Source: Alphaproteobacteria bacterium
GTDB lineage: Bacteria; Pseudomonadota; Alphaproteobacteria; GCA-2731375
Direction of reading: 5' to 3'
Length of the DNA: 64,000 nucleotides
NCBI GenBank assembly: GCA_965232515.1
Contig: CBDDPY010000002.1
Coordinates: 4,864,001-4,928,000 of the forward strand
Part shown: one piece after another, positions 1 through 9,441 of the stretch
How positions within the stretch are numbered: the first letter of the stretch is position 1
Layout of the letters: every line of letters starts with the position of its first letter
Program-made: the position numbers and the translations under genes
Notes under the pieces: model-generated
What the model saw: the letters and a program-made list of their open reading frames with translations, nothing else
Told to the model about the DNA's origin: nothing
Databases searched by the model: none

Positions 1-2
1 AG

Positions 3-107
3 GCGATCGACGGCGCCGAGGCAGCGGGTTCGGTGCAGCACAATGCCGAGTACTATCCCGACGGCCGCATCTACGGCGACGCCGCGCGGGCGGCGAGCGG
101 CGACTGA
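3..107 (+). CDS. 3' end of an upstream gene (partial, product unknown)
   Basis: Open frame from the window edge (AIDGAEAAGSVQHNAEYYPDGRIYGDAARAASGD) with GC3-rich codons, ending TGA at 105-107 just before the RBS of the next gene. Confidence 0.55.
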   Translation, partial: AIDGAEAAGSVQHNAEYYPDGRIYGDAARAASGD

Positions 108-137
108 ACCTCGAACAACAAAGGGGGGTGAGCGGCT

Positions 138-1187
138 ATGGCCGGGCTTTCGCGTGAGGAACTGAAGGGTAAGGCGCAGACTGTGCGCGGCTTGGTCGAG
201 CCGTCGACGCTCGGCCCGACGCTGATGCACGAGCATCTGCTGTGGGACATCCGCACGCCGACGATGCAGGCCGATCCCGACCAGGGCCCGGAGATCGCGC
301 TCTGCAACTGCTGGCAGATCAACTACGGCACGCGCAAGGCGCTCAGCAACTACGTCTTCTTCGACCGCGAGATCGCGACGGACGAGGTCGCGAAGATGCG
401 CACGGCTGGCGGCCAGACCGTGGTCGAGCTGACCGTCGGCGGCCTGAAGCCCGATCCTTTGGGTCTCGTCGGCATCTCGGAAGCGACCGACACCCATATC
501 GTCATGGGCTGCGGCCACTATGTCGACGAATACCAGGACCCGGCCAACCACGACCGCGGCATTGACGACTTCGCGGCCGAGATGGTGGCGCAGATCCGCG
601 AGGGCGCCTGGGGCACGGACGTGCGCGCCGGCATCATCGGCGAGATCGGCTGCCAGTCGCCCTGGACCGATCTGGAGAAGCGGGTCATGGCCGGCGCGCT
701 GATCGCGCAAAGAGAGACCGGCGCGGCGCTCAACGTGCATCCCGGCCGCGATCCCGACCAGCCGCAGGAGGTGGCCGACTTCGTCGCGGCCGAGGGCGGC
801 GACATGTCGCGCCTGATCATCAGCCATATCGACCGGACCATCTTCGATGACGAAAGGCTGTTCCGCCTCGCCGACTCCGGCTGCGTCATCGAGCTCGATC
901 TGTTCGGGCAGGAGCAGTCGCACTATCCGCTCAATCTGAAGATCGACTTGCCGAACGATGCCGAGCGCCTGCGCTGGATCCGCCGTCTGATCGACCGCGG
1001 CCACATCGACCAGATCGTCATCTCGCACGACATCTGTTACCGCACCCGGCTCACCTGCTTCGGCGGCCACGGCTACGGCCATATCTTCGAAAACGTGGTG
1101 CCGCTGATGCAGCGCCGCGGCTTCACGCAAGCCGAGATCGACCGCATCACCGTCGAAACTCCGCAGCGCCTGCTGACCTTCGTCTGA
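138..1187 (+). CDS. Phosphotriesterase-related protein (PTE/Php family amidohydrolase)
   Basis: LGPTLMHEHL metal motif, GIIGEIG, HPG, ISHIDR, ISHD; GGGGGTGAG upstream. Confidence 0.9.
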   Translation: MAGLSREELKGKAQTVRGLVEPSTLGPTLMHEHLLWDIRTPTMQADPDQGPEIALCNCWQINYGTRKALSNYVFFDREIATDEVAKMRTAGGQTVVELTVGGLKPDPLGLVGISEATDTHIVMGCGHYVDEYQDPANHDRGIDDFAAEMVAQIREGAWGTDVRAGIIGEIGCQSPWTDLEKRVMAGALIAQRETGAALNVHPGRDPDQPQEVADFVAAEGGDMSRLIISHIDRTIFDDERLFRLADSGCVIELDLFGQEQSHYPLNLKIDLPNDAERLRWIRRLIDRGHIDQIVISHDICYRTRLTCFGGHGYGHIFENVVPLMQRRGFTQAEIDRITVETPQRLLTFV

Positions 1188-1212
1188 CCGCGCCATTTAC
1201 GTTCCCATGGCT

Positions 1213-1316
1213 ATCCTTCGAGACGCGGCTTCGCCGCTCCTCAGGATAAGGTTTGTTTTTGATATCAATGCCTTACCTCATGCTGAGGAGACCCCGCAGG
1301 GGTCGTCTCGAAGCAT
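1213..1316. repeat. Palindromic REP-like element (CTTCGAGACG...CTCCTCAGGAT / ATGCTGAGGAG...CGTCTCGAAG type) between convergent genes
   Basis: ATCCTTCGAGACG (1213-1225) pairs with CGTCTCGAAGCAT (1304-1316) and CTCCTCAGGATAAGG pairs with CCTCATGCTGAGGAG (1276-1290); each arm has a small internal hairpin; resembles a common alphaproteobacterial intergenic repeat. Confidence 0.75.
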
Positions 1317-1332
1317 GCGATATCGGTCTCCG

Positions 1333-2181
<849 letters not shown>

Positions 2182-3171
2182 CTATGAGGCCGTCGCCTTG
2201 GCGCCGAGCGACACGTCGAGCCGGATGCAGGCGGCGCTGTGGCCGGCATCGACCGCTGTCAGGGGCGGCGGCGCGGTGCGGCAGGCGTCGATCGCCAGAT
2301 GGCAGCGGTCGGCGAAGGTGCAGCCGGCCGGCAGGTGGGCGAGATCGGGCACGGTGCCGGGAATGGTCGCCAGGCGTTCGCCGGACAGGCGGCCGAGGCG
2401 CGGCATGGCGGCGAACAGGCCTTGGCTGTAGGGGTGCGCCAGCCGCTCGAACAGCGTGTCGGTCGGCCCGGTCTCAACCACGGCGCCGCCATACATGACC
2501 ATGACCTGGTCGACCGTTTCGGCGATGACGCCGAGGTCGTGGCTGATCAGGATCAGGGCCATGCCCAGCTCGTCGACCAGCTCAGCGATCAGATCGAGGA
2601 TCTGGTTCTGGATGGTTACGTCCAGCGCCGTCGTCGGCTCGTCGGCGATCAGCAGGTCGGGCTCGCAGCTCAGCGCCATGGCGATCATCACCCGCTGCCG
2701 CTGCCCGCCCGAAAGCTGGTGCGGAAAGCTGTCCAGCCGCTGCGCCGGGTTCGGGATGCCGACCCGGTCGAGCAGGCGCACGGCTTCCGCCTCGGCGTCT
2801 GCCCGGTTCAGGCCGCGGTGCAGGCGCAGCGGCTCGACCACCTGCCGGCCGATCGTATGCACGGGGTTCAGGCTGGTCATCGGTTCCTGGAACACCATGC
2901 CGATGCGGTTGCCGCGGATCTCGCACATGGCGGCGTCGCCCAGATCCAGCAGGTTCTCGCCGTCCAGCAGCACCCGGCCGGCGGTCTCGGCGCCCTCCGG
3001 CAGCAGGCCCATTAACGCCAGCGCCGTCATCGACTTGCCGCAGCCGGATTCGCCGACGATGCCCAGCGTGTCGCCGCGCGCCAGCGCGAAATCGATGCCG
3101 CGCACGGCGCGCGCGCGGCCGAGGCTGGTGTTCAGCGCGACCTCCAGGCCTTCGACCGTCAGCAAGGTCAT
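2182..3171 (-). CDS. Oligopeptide/dipeptide ABC transporter ATP-binding subunit (DppD/OppD-like)
   Basis: GESGCGKS, LSGGQRQR, ADEPTTALD, HPY and C-terminal GCxFxxRC-x6-C...C oligo_HPY domain. Confidence 0.92.
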   Translation of the reverse strand: MTLLTVEGLEVALNTSLGRARAVRGIDFALARGDTLGIVGESGCGKSMTALALMGLLPEGAETAGRVLLDGENLLDLGDAAMCEIRGNRIGMVFQEPMTSLNPVHTIGRQVVEPLRLHRGLNRADAEAEAVRLLDRVGIPNPAQRLDSFPHQLSGGQRQRVMIAMALSCEPDLLIADEPTTALDVTIQNQILDLIAELVDELGMALILISHDLGVIAETVDQVMVMYGGAVVETGPTDTLFERLAHPYSQGLFAAMPRLGRLSGERLATIPGTVPDLAHLPAGCTFADRCHLAIDACRTAPPPLTAVDAGHSAACIRLDVSLGAKATAS

Positions 3172-3175
3172 GGCG

Positions 3176-4048
3176 CTATCGCTGCCGCGCCAGGCGCGGG
3201 TCCAGCAGGTCGCGCAACCCGTCGCCCATCAGGTTCAGGCCCAGCACGGCGAGCGCGATGGCGACGCCGGGATAGACCGCCAGCATCGGCGCGAAGAACA
3301 TGAAGGTCTGGCTTTCGCTCAGCATCCGGCCCCAGCTCGGGTTCGGCGGCTGCGTGCCGAGGCCGAGATAGCTCAGCGCCGCCTCCGCCAGGATCGCGAT
3401 GGCGAACCAGATCGTCGCCTGGACGACGATGATCGAGGTGATGTTCGGCAGGATATGCTCGAAGGTGATGCGCAGCTTGCCCTTGCCCGCGGCCCGCGCG
3501 GCCAGCACGAATTCCCGGCCCCACATGGCGTTCGCCGCGCCGCGCACGGTGCGGGCGAAGATCGCCACGTTGTAGATGCCGATGGCGACGATGGAGTTGA
3601 CGATGCCGGGTCCCCAGCCGGCCGTGATCAGGATCGCCACCAAAATTGCCGGGAAAGCGTAGGTGAAGTCGGTCAGCCGCATGGCCAGCTCCTCCACCCA
3701 GCCGCGCCGGGCGGCGGCGAACAGGCCGATGGCGGTGCCGCCGATCAACCCGATGCCGACGGCGATGACGCCGACCAGGATCGAGTTCTGCGCGCCCACC
3801 ATGATCAGCGACAGGATATCGCGTCCGAACTGATCGGTGCCCATCCAGTGTTCCCACGACACCGGCTTCAGCTTGGCGCTGACGTCGATCGCGGTCGCCA
3901 CGTGGGGGGTCCAGACCAGCGATACCGCGGCCATCAGGATCATCGCGCCGGTCAGCACCGCGCCGATCACGAAGCTGCGGTGCCGGATCGCGCGGGCCGG
4001 GAAGCTGCGCGCGGCGGCTGCGGCCGGCGCCGCGGCGACGGCCGTCAT
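3176..4048 (-). CDS. Peptide ABC transporter permease (DppC-like)
   Basis: HWMGTDQFGRDIL, EFVLAARAAG (EAA-like loop), AEAALSYLGLG, LNLMGDGLRDLLDPR; ATG at 4048 overlaps the dppB stop. Confidence 0.92.
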   Translation of the reverse strand: MTAVAAAPAAAAARSFPARAIRHRSFVIGAVLTGAMILMAAVSLVWTPHVATAIDVSAKLKPVSWEHWMGTDQFGRDILSLIMVGAQNSILVGVIAVGIGLIGGTAIGLFAAARRGWVEELAMRLTDFTYAFPAILVAILITAGWGPGIVNSIVAIGIYNVAIFARTVRGAANAMWGREFVLAARAAGKGKLRITFEHILPNITSIIVVQATIWFAIAILAEAALSYLGLGTQPPNPSWGRMLSESQTFMFFAPMLAVYPGVAIALAVLGLNLMGDGLRDLLDPRLARQR

Positions 4049-4992
4049 TCGTGCACCTTCACGCGCGGGTCGATCACGGCATAGAGCAGGTCGACGATGA
4101 AGTTCACGATCACCACCATGGCCGCCAGGATCACCACCACGTTCATCACCACGACCAGGTCGCGGTTGCTGATCGACTGAAAGATCAGCCGGCCGATGCC
4201 CGGCATGGCGAAGACGTTCTCGATGACGATGGTGCCGGCCAGCAGATTGGCGAATTGCAGGCCCATGATCGTGATCACCGGGATCAGGGCATTGCGCAGC
4301 ACGTGACCCCAGAGTGTCGCGCGCCGGCTCAGTCCCTTCGCCCGGGCCGTGCGCACATAGTCCTCGCGGACCACTTCCAGCACGGCCGATCGGGTGACGC
4401 GGGCCAGGATTGCCGCCTGCACCAGCGCCAGCGCTACCGCCGGCAGGATCAACGCCTGCAGGGCTGGCCAGAACCCGGCCTCCCAACCCGGAAAGCCGCC
4501 CGAGCGGAACCAGCGCAGCTGCACGGCGAAGAACAGGATCAGCAGGATGCCGAACCAGAAGTTCGGCACCGCGATGCCGAGCTGGCTGAAGCCCATGACG
4601 CCGTAATCGCCCAGCGTGTTGTGGCGGGCGGCGGCATAGACGCCCAGCGCCAGCGCGATCACCGTCGTCAGGATCATGGCGATGATCGCCAACGGAATCG
4701 TCAGCGCCAGCCGTTCGCGGATCAGCTCCACCACCGGCACCTTGTAGGTGTAGCTGTTGCCGAGCTCGCCGGTCAGCAATCCGCCGATCCAGGCGAAATA
4801 GCGTTCGTGCGGCGGCCGGTCGAGACCGAGCTCCTTGGTCAGCGCGATGACCGCGCTCTCCGGCGCGTCGACGCCCAGAATCGTCAGCGCCGGATCGCCG
4901 GGCAGCACCTCCAGCACGACGAATACGATGATGGACGTGCCCCACAGCGTCGCGACAAAGGTCAGCAGGCGCTTCGCCAGGAAAATACTCAT
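4045..4992 (-). CDS. Peptide ABC transporter permease (DppB-like)
   Basis: LPGDPA, DYVRTARAKGLS, IENVFAMPGIGRL, VDLLYAVIDPRV; start chosen at MSIFLAKRLL. Confidence 0.92.
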   Translation of the reverse strand: MSIFLAKRLLTFVATLWGTSIIVFVVLEVLPGDPALTILGVDAPESAVIALTKELGLDRPPHERYFAWIGGLLTGELGNSYTYKVPVVELIRERLALTIPLAIIAMILTTVIALALGVYAAARHNTLGDYGVMGFSQLGIAVPNFWFGILLILFFAVQLRWFRSGGFPGWEAGFWPALQALILPAVALALVQAAILARVTRSAVLEVVREDYVRTARAKGLSRRATLWGHVLRNALIPVITIMGLQFANLLAGTIVIENVFAMPGIGRLIFQSISNRDLVVVMNVVVILAAMVVIVNFIVDLLYAVIDPRVKVHE

Positions 4993-5002
4993 GCCGCCAC
5001 GA

Positions 5003-5270
5003 AAACCCGCATTTCTCACTCCCATCATGGCCTGCGCGGTGCCGTGCTGTCGACAGGGCAGGAGCGCTGCGCGGCGCGATGTGGGGCATCGGGCAAGCAG
5101 CGCGACGCCCCCTGTCGGCAGCACGGCGCCGCCCGAAGGGTCGCGCGCAGGCGCCCGCCCGCGGCGTCGCGGCCCTCAACCGTAGTCCCACTACGCTTTT
5201 CGGCCCGCTCCTGGCGGAGCGGACGCCTGTGCGCGACGCAGACCATGATGGGAGTGAGAAATGCGGGTTT
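5003..5270. mobile_element. MITE-like non-autonomous element with terminal inverted repeats
   Basis: Perfect 28-bp inverted repeat AAACCCGCATTTCTCACTCCCATCATGG (5003-5030 / 5243-5270), extending to 34 bp with one mismatch; internal hairpins; no transposase. Confidence 0.7.
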
Positions 5271-5298
5271 GCCCCGGCGGGCTATGGGCGGCAAGCGC

Positions 5299-5910
5299 TT
5301 ACAGGATGCCCGCGGTCTCCAGATCCGCGCGCAGGCGGTCGGGCGACGTGAAATGGTGGCCGTGCATGCCGACGGCCTCGGCGCCTGCGACGTTCGCCGG
5401 GACATCGTCGATGAACACGCAGTCCGACGGCGTCAGATCGTGCCGCTCGAACAGGATCCGGAAGATTTCCGGCTGAGGCTTCAGCGTCTTGACCTCGCCC
5501 GAAACCACGACGCCGTCGAAGGCGTCCAGAAAGGGCCAGAGCTCGCGCGACAGGGTGAACTTCTCGGCCGAGAAGTTAGTGATCGCATAGACCGGACGGT
5601 CACTCGCCTGCAGGGTGCGCAGGATCTCGACCGTACCCTCGATCACGCCGGCAATCATCTCCGGCCAACGTTCGTCATAGGCGCGGATCAACTCGGCCTG
5701 GTCCGGAAACCGTTCGACCAGCTCGGCGACGCCGTCGGCATAGCCGCGGCCCGCGTCGAGCTGCAGATTCCATTCGCGCGTGCAGACGGTCGCCAGGAAA
5801 TGCTCCATGGCGTCGGCATCGTCGAACATCTTGCGATAGAGGTGGCGCGGGTTCCAGTCGAGGAGGACGCCGCCGACGTCGAAGACCGCGATGGAGGGCG
5901 ACTGTTGCAT
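5299..5910 (-). CDS. HAD-superfamily phosphatase (subfamily IA)
   Basis: Motif I AVFDVGGVL, ITNF, KPQPEIF, VFIDD; start may be 5910 or 5919. Confidence 0.9.
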   Translation of the reverse strand: MQQSPSIAVFDVGGVLLDWNPRHLYRKMFDDADAMEHFLATVCTREWNLQLDAGRGYADGVAELVERFPDQAELIRAYDERWPEMIAGVIEGTVEILRTLQASDRPVYAITNFSAEKFTLSRELWPFLDAFDGVVVSGEVKTLKPQPEIFRILFERHDLTPSDCVFIDDVPANVAGAEAVGMHGHHFTSPDRLRADLETAGIL

Positions 5911-6014
5911 GGCCGGCATCTTAGCCAGCGCATCGCCAACACGCCACGGGTCGTAAAAACTGACCTAAAAATGCCCAACTTTTGTCGCGGCGGCGCCAGA
6001 CCGAGCGCCCATAT

Positions 6015-6122
6015 AGTTGGGGTGTGGCCCCGTTTCGGGTCAGCCGCTGCCGCAATGGCCCCCCCAACTCCTGAGCCGTGGCGGTTGACCTTGGGGCCAC
6101 ACACCTTTTCCCCTTCTTTTTT
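6015..6122 (+). ncRNA. Candidate structured small RNA or leader element
   Basis: 10-bp perfect stem (6022-6031/6093-6102) plus 14-bp stem with G-U pairs (6037-6050/6078-6091), C-rich loop, pyrimidine/U-rich tail 6106-6122. Confidence 0.45.
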
Positions 6123-6232
6123 CGTATGCGCATAGCCATCGCCGTTCGGTTCGGTTACATTTTGTATCGACCGATCCAATTGAGCGCCGCCACGCATTCG
6201 GCGGCCGTTTCCGACGACGATTTGGGAGAGAT

Positions 6233-6928
6233 TTGACGATGGCGATTGTGCTTTACGATCTGGTGGGCGTCGATGACCGGCGTTTCAGCCCGAACTGCTG
6301 GCGCACCCGCATGGCACTGGCGCACAAGGGCCTGGATTGCGATGCCCGGCCGACCCGCTTCACCGAGATCAAGGCGATCTGCGACGGCGGTCAGAAAACG
6401 ATCCCCGTGATCGAGGACGGGGACAACACCGTCGCCGACTCCTGGGTCATCGCCAACTATCTGGAAGAAACCTATCCCGACCGGCCGTCGCTGTTCGGTG
6501 GCGACGGCGGCCGCGCCGTTTCGGTCTTCTTTCAGAACTGGGTCAATACCATCGTCAATCCGGGCGTCGTGAAATCGGTTGTCGCCGATATCCACGACCA
6601 TCTGACGCCGGAAGACCAGGACTACTTCCGGACGACGCGGGAAAAGTTTCTCGGCGCCGGGCTGGAGGACATCCAAGGCGGCCGGGACGAGCGGCTGGAG
6701 GCCTTCCGCGCCACGCTGACACCGCTGCGCCAGACCTTGAAGGCGCAGCCGTTCGTTTGCGGCGACAGCCCGCTTTACGCCGATTATCTGGCCTTCGCGC
6801 CGTTCCAGTGGGCGCGGTCGATCAGTTCGTTCAAGCTGCTCGCCGATGACGATCCGATTACCGGCTGGTTTCAACGTTGTCTCGACCTGTATGATGGCCT
6901 GGGACGAAAGTCCAAGGGTTACGATTGA
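6233..6928 (+). CDS. Glutathione S-transferase family protein, LigE/beta-etherase-like
   Basis: LYDL...FSPNCWRTRMALAHKGL, TIPVIEDG, DSWVIANYLEETYP, YADY; GGGAGAG RBS; start TTG 6233 or ATG 6239. Confidence 0.85.
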   Translation: MTMAIVLYDLVGVDDRRFSPNCWRTRMALAHKGLDCDARPTRFTEIKAICDGGQKTIPVIEDGDNTVADSWVIANYLEETYPDRPSLFGGDGGRAVSVFFQNWVNTIVNPGVVKSVVADIHDHLTPEDQDYFRTTREKFLGAGLEDIQGGRDERLEAFRATLTPLRQTLKAQPFVCGDSPLYADYLAFAPFQWARSISSFKLLADDDPITGWFQRCLDLYDGLGRKSKGYD

Positions 6929-6955
6929 GTGAGATGAACGTCGGGGGTTCGGCAG

Positions 6956-8197
6956 ATGGCGGATGACATGAAGGTGCTTTACAGCGGCGGCGGCGTATTT
7001 GACGGCGACAGGATGTTGCCGGACGGCACCGCCGTCCTGGCGGAAGGCCCGCGTGTCGTCGCTATCGCGCCGGCCGGCGAATTCGACGGATTTGCCGGCG
7101 AAACCGTCGACACCACGGGCGGGACGCTGCTGCCCGGCCTAATCGACTGCCATGTGCACCTCTGTCTGGGCGCCGAAGGCGATCCGGGCGGCGCCGGCGA
7201 CAAGCTGATGCCGGGCCAGATGGTGATGAAAGCGCTGGAGCGGGCGCAGGCATCGCTCGCCGGCGGCATCACCGCCGTGCGGGACTGCGGCGGCAAGGAT
7301 TTCCTGGAATTTGCCGTCCGTGACGCCTGCAACCAGGGTCGGTTCCTCGGCCCCAGCATCCGCGCCTCGGGCCGGGTGATCTGCATGACCGGCGGTCACG
7401 GCAACCGCAACGGCCGGATCGCCGACGGCGTCGACGAGGTCGTCAAGGCCGTGCGCGAGCAGGTGCACGCCGGCAGCGATCTGGTCAAGATCATGGCCAC
7501 CGGCGGCGTCATGACGCCCGGCGTCAATCCCGAGGACGCGCACTATTCGGCCGAGGAGATGGCGGCCGGCATCGGCGAGGCCAAGCGCTTTCACAAACGC
7601 ACCGCCAGCCACGCCCAGGGCGCCGAGGGCGTGCTGAACGCCACCCGCGGTGGCGTCGATTCCATCGAGCACGGCATCTTCCTGACCGAGAAGTGCGTCG
7701 AGGAGATGGTCGAGCGCGGCACCTTCCTGGTGCCGACCCTGGCGGCGATCCGCAACATCATCGCCCGCAAGGACGAAGTCGCCGACTACGTGATCGAGAA
7801 ATCGCTTCGGGTCGAAGGCGCCCACCGCCGCTCGATCAAGATGTTCTATGACGCCGGCGGCAAGATCGCCATGGGCACGGATGCCGGCACGCCGTTCAAC
7901 CAGCACGGCGCCAACGCGCAGGAGCTCGCCTATATGGTCGATGTCGGCATCTCGCCGATCGACGCCTTGCGCATGTCGACCAGCGCGGCGGCCGAGCTGG
8001 TCGACCTGCCCGACGAAGGCCACATCGCGGAAGGCGCTTTCGCCGATCTGCTCGTGGTCGAGGGCGACCCGACCCGCGACATCGCCATGGCCGCCGACAA
8101 GGAGAACCATCGCATGGTGGTCAAGCGCGGCGTACCGGTCAGCGCGCGCAGCCTGGCGCTCGCCACGACCGCGCGGCAGGCGATGGCGGCATTCTGA
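6956..8197 (+). CDS. Metal-dependent amidohydrolase (Xaa-Pro dipeptidase-like subgroup)
   Basis: LLPGLIDCHVH, KIMATGGV, SHAQG, SIEHG, MGTDAG, ADLLVVEGDP. Confidence 0.9.
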   Translation: MADDMKVLYSGGGVFDGDRMLPDGTAVLAEGPRVVAIAPAGEFDGFAGETVDTTGGTLLPGLIDCHVHLCLGAEGDPGGAGDKLMPGQMVMKALERAQASLAGGITAVRDCGGKDFLEFAVRDACNQGRFLGPSIRASGRVICMTGGHGNRNGRIADGVDEVVKAVREQVHAGSDLVKIMATGGVMTPGVNPEDAHYSAEEMAAGIGEAKRFHKRTASHAQGAEGVLNATRGGVDSIEHGIFLTEKCVEEMVERGTFLVPTLAAIRNIIARKDEVADYVIEKSLRVEGAHRRSIKMFYDAGGKIAMGTDAGTPFNQHGANAQELAYMVDVGISPIDALRMSTSAAAELVDLPDEGHIAEGAFADLLVVEGDPTRDIAMAADKENHRMVVKRGVPVSARSLALATTARQAMAAF

Positions 8198-8280
8198 AAT
8201 CTCAGAATTCGGGACGATTCAGTAATTCGTAAGGTTACCGCGCCATTATCCATGTCCGCATTGGACATGGATGACGCGCG

Positions 8281-8541
8281 ATGGGCGAATTGCTGTTGAA
8301 TGAGGACCAGATCGTCACGCCCCTGACGGCGGAAGAACTCGTGCAATCCTTGCCGCGGCAGCGCCTGCGCGAATTGCTCGCGTCGCTGCGCGGTAGCCGC
8401 GGCCGCTTCTACCGGACGAAGCAAGGCGAGGTCATCTACGAGACCCGGGACGACGGCACCACCATGCCGCTGAGGGAATTCGCCCGCGAGCTCAAAGGCC
8501 TGCGCCCGACCAACCTCCACAGTCTCGACATCAACGCCTGA
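8281..8541 (+). CDS. Hypothetical protein (86 aa)
   Basis: ATG-started ORF filling the intergenic gap with GC3-rich codons; no family recognised. Confidence 0.6.
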   Translation: MGELLLNEDQIVTPLTAEELVQSLPRQRLRELLASLRGSRGRFYRTKQGEVIYETRDDGTTMPLREFARELKGLRPTNLHSLDINA

Positions 8542-8624
8542 ATCCTTCGGGAGCGTTGCACGGGCCGTCTCCCGCCCGAACTTCGATCTCGGTGGCGACG
8601 TTTCGTTAACCATGCTAGCGTGCC

Positions 8625-8812
8625 GGCGGTTCTGAGAAGAGGGAAGCCGGTGACGCCAGCCCGACGGATCGAGACGATCCAGGCGGCAATTCCGGCGCTG
8701 CCCCCGCAACTGTAAGGGTGAGGAACCAGCGAACGCCACTGGCGCGGCCCGCAATGGGCGGCCGGGAAGGCGCTGGGACCGACGAACCCGAGCCAGGAGA
8801 CCTCCTCAGGAC
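8625..8812 (+). promoter_or_regulatory. Cobalamin (AdoCbl) riboswitch
   Basis: AAGAGGGAAGCCGGTG...ATTCCGGCGCTGCCCCCGCAACTGTAA...GCCACTG...GGGAAG...GAGCCAGGAGACCT (B12 box near 8790-8803), directly upstream of the cob operon. Confidence 0.95.
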
Positions 8813-8877
8813 CGATTGGCCGACGGTCGGCCGCGAATCCCTCGCGGCCGCCACGTCCTCGGAGGGGGGATGCGCCA

Positions 8878-9441
8878 TTGGCAATTGACGCCGGTGCCGT
8901 TCAGGTGGCTTTGCCGCCGGTGACCTTGATTTTGGGCGGCGCGCGCTCGGGCAAGAGCGTGTTTGCCGAAGGCTTGTGCGAAAGCCGGCCGGGCGACTGC
9001 GTCTACCTGGCGACCGCGGAAGCGCGCGACGACGAGATGACCGCGCGCATCGCCGAGCATCGCGCGCGGCGCGGCGATCGCTGGTCCACATCCGAAGAAC
9101 CGCTCGATCTGGCCGGCGCCCTCGCCCGCATGGCGCGCGCCGAGCGGACCGTGCTGGTCGATTGCCTCACGCTCTGGCTGAGCAACCTGCTCGAGCAGAA
9201 CCGCGACGTTGGGGCCGAAACAGCGGCGTTGGTCGACTGTCTCGGCCGCCTCGAGGGACCTGTCGTGCTCATTTCCAACGAAGTCGGCCTCGGCATCGTG
9301 CCGGACAATGCGCTCGCGCGCGCGTTTCGCGACCATGCTGGCCGTTTGAACCAGGCCGTGGCCGCGGCGGCGCAGCGTGTAGTCTTCGTTGCCGCCGGCC
9401 TGCCGATGATCATGAAAGACGAGATGAGGGGGGAAGGATGA
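8878..9441 (+). CDS. cobU: Bifunctional adenosylcobinamide kinase / cobinamide-phosphate guanylyltransferase (CobU/CobP)
   Basis: LILGGARSGKS, YLATA, RIAEHRARR, VDCLTLWLSN, SNEVGLG, FRD; GGAGG SD before TTG. Confidence 0.95.
   Translation: MAIDAGAVQVALPPVTLILGGARSGKSVFAEGLCESRPGDCVYLATAEARDDEMTARIAEHRARRGDRWSTSEEPLDLAGALARMARAERTVLVDCLTLWLSNLLEQNRDVGAETAALVDCLGRLEGPVVLISNEVGLGIVPDNALARAFRDHAGRLNQAVAAAAQRVVFVAAGLPMIMKDEMRGEG

Noticed and set aside
3176-5191. 671-aa ORF suggesting a large N-terminal extension on dppC
   Set aside because: The extension is an out-of-frame read through dppB; the real start is the ATG at 4048
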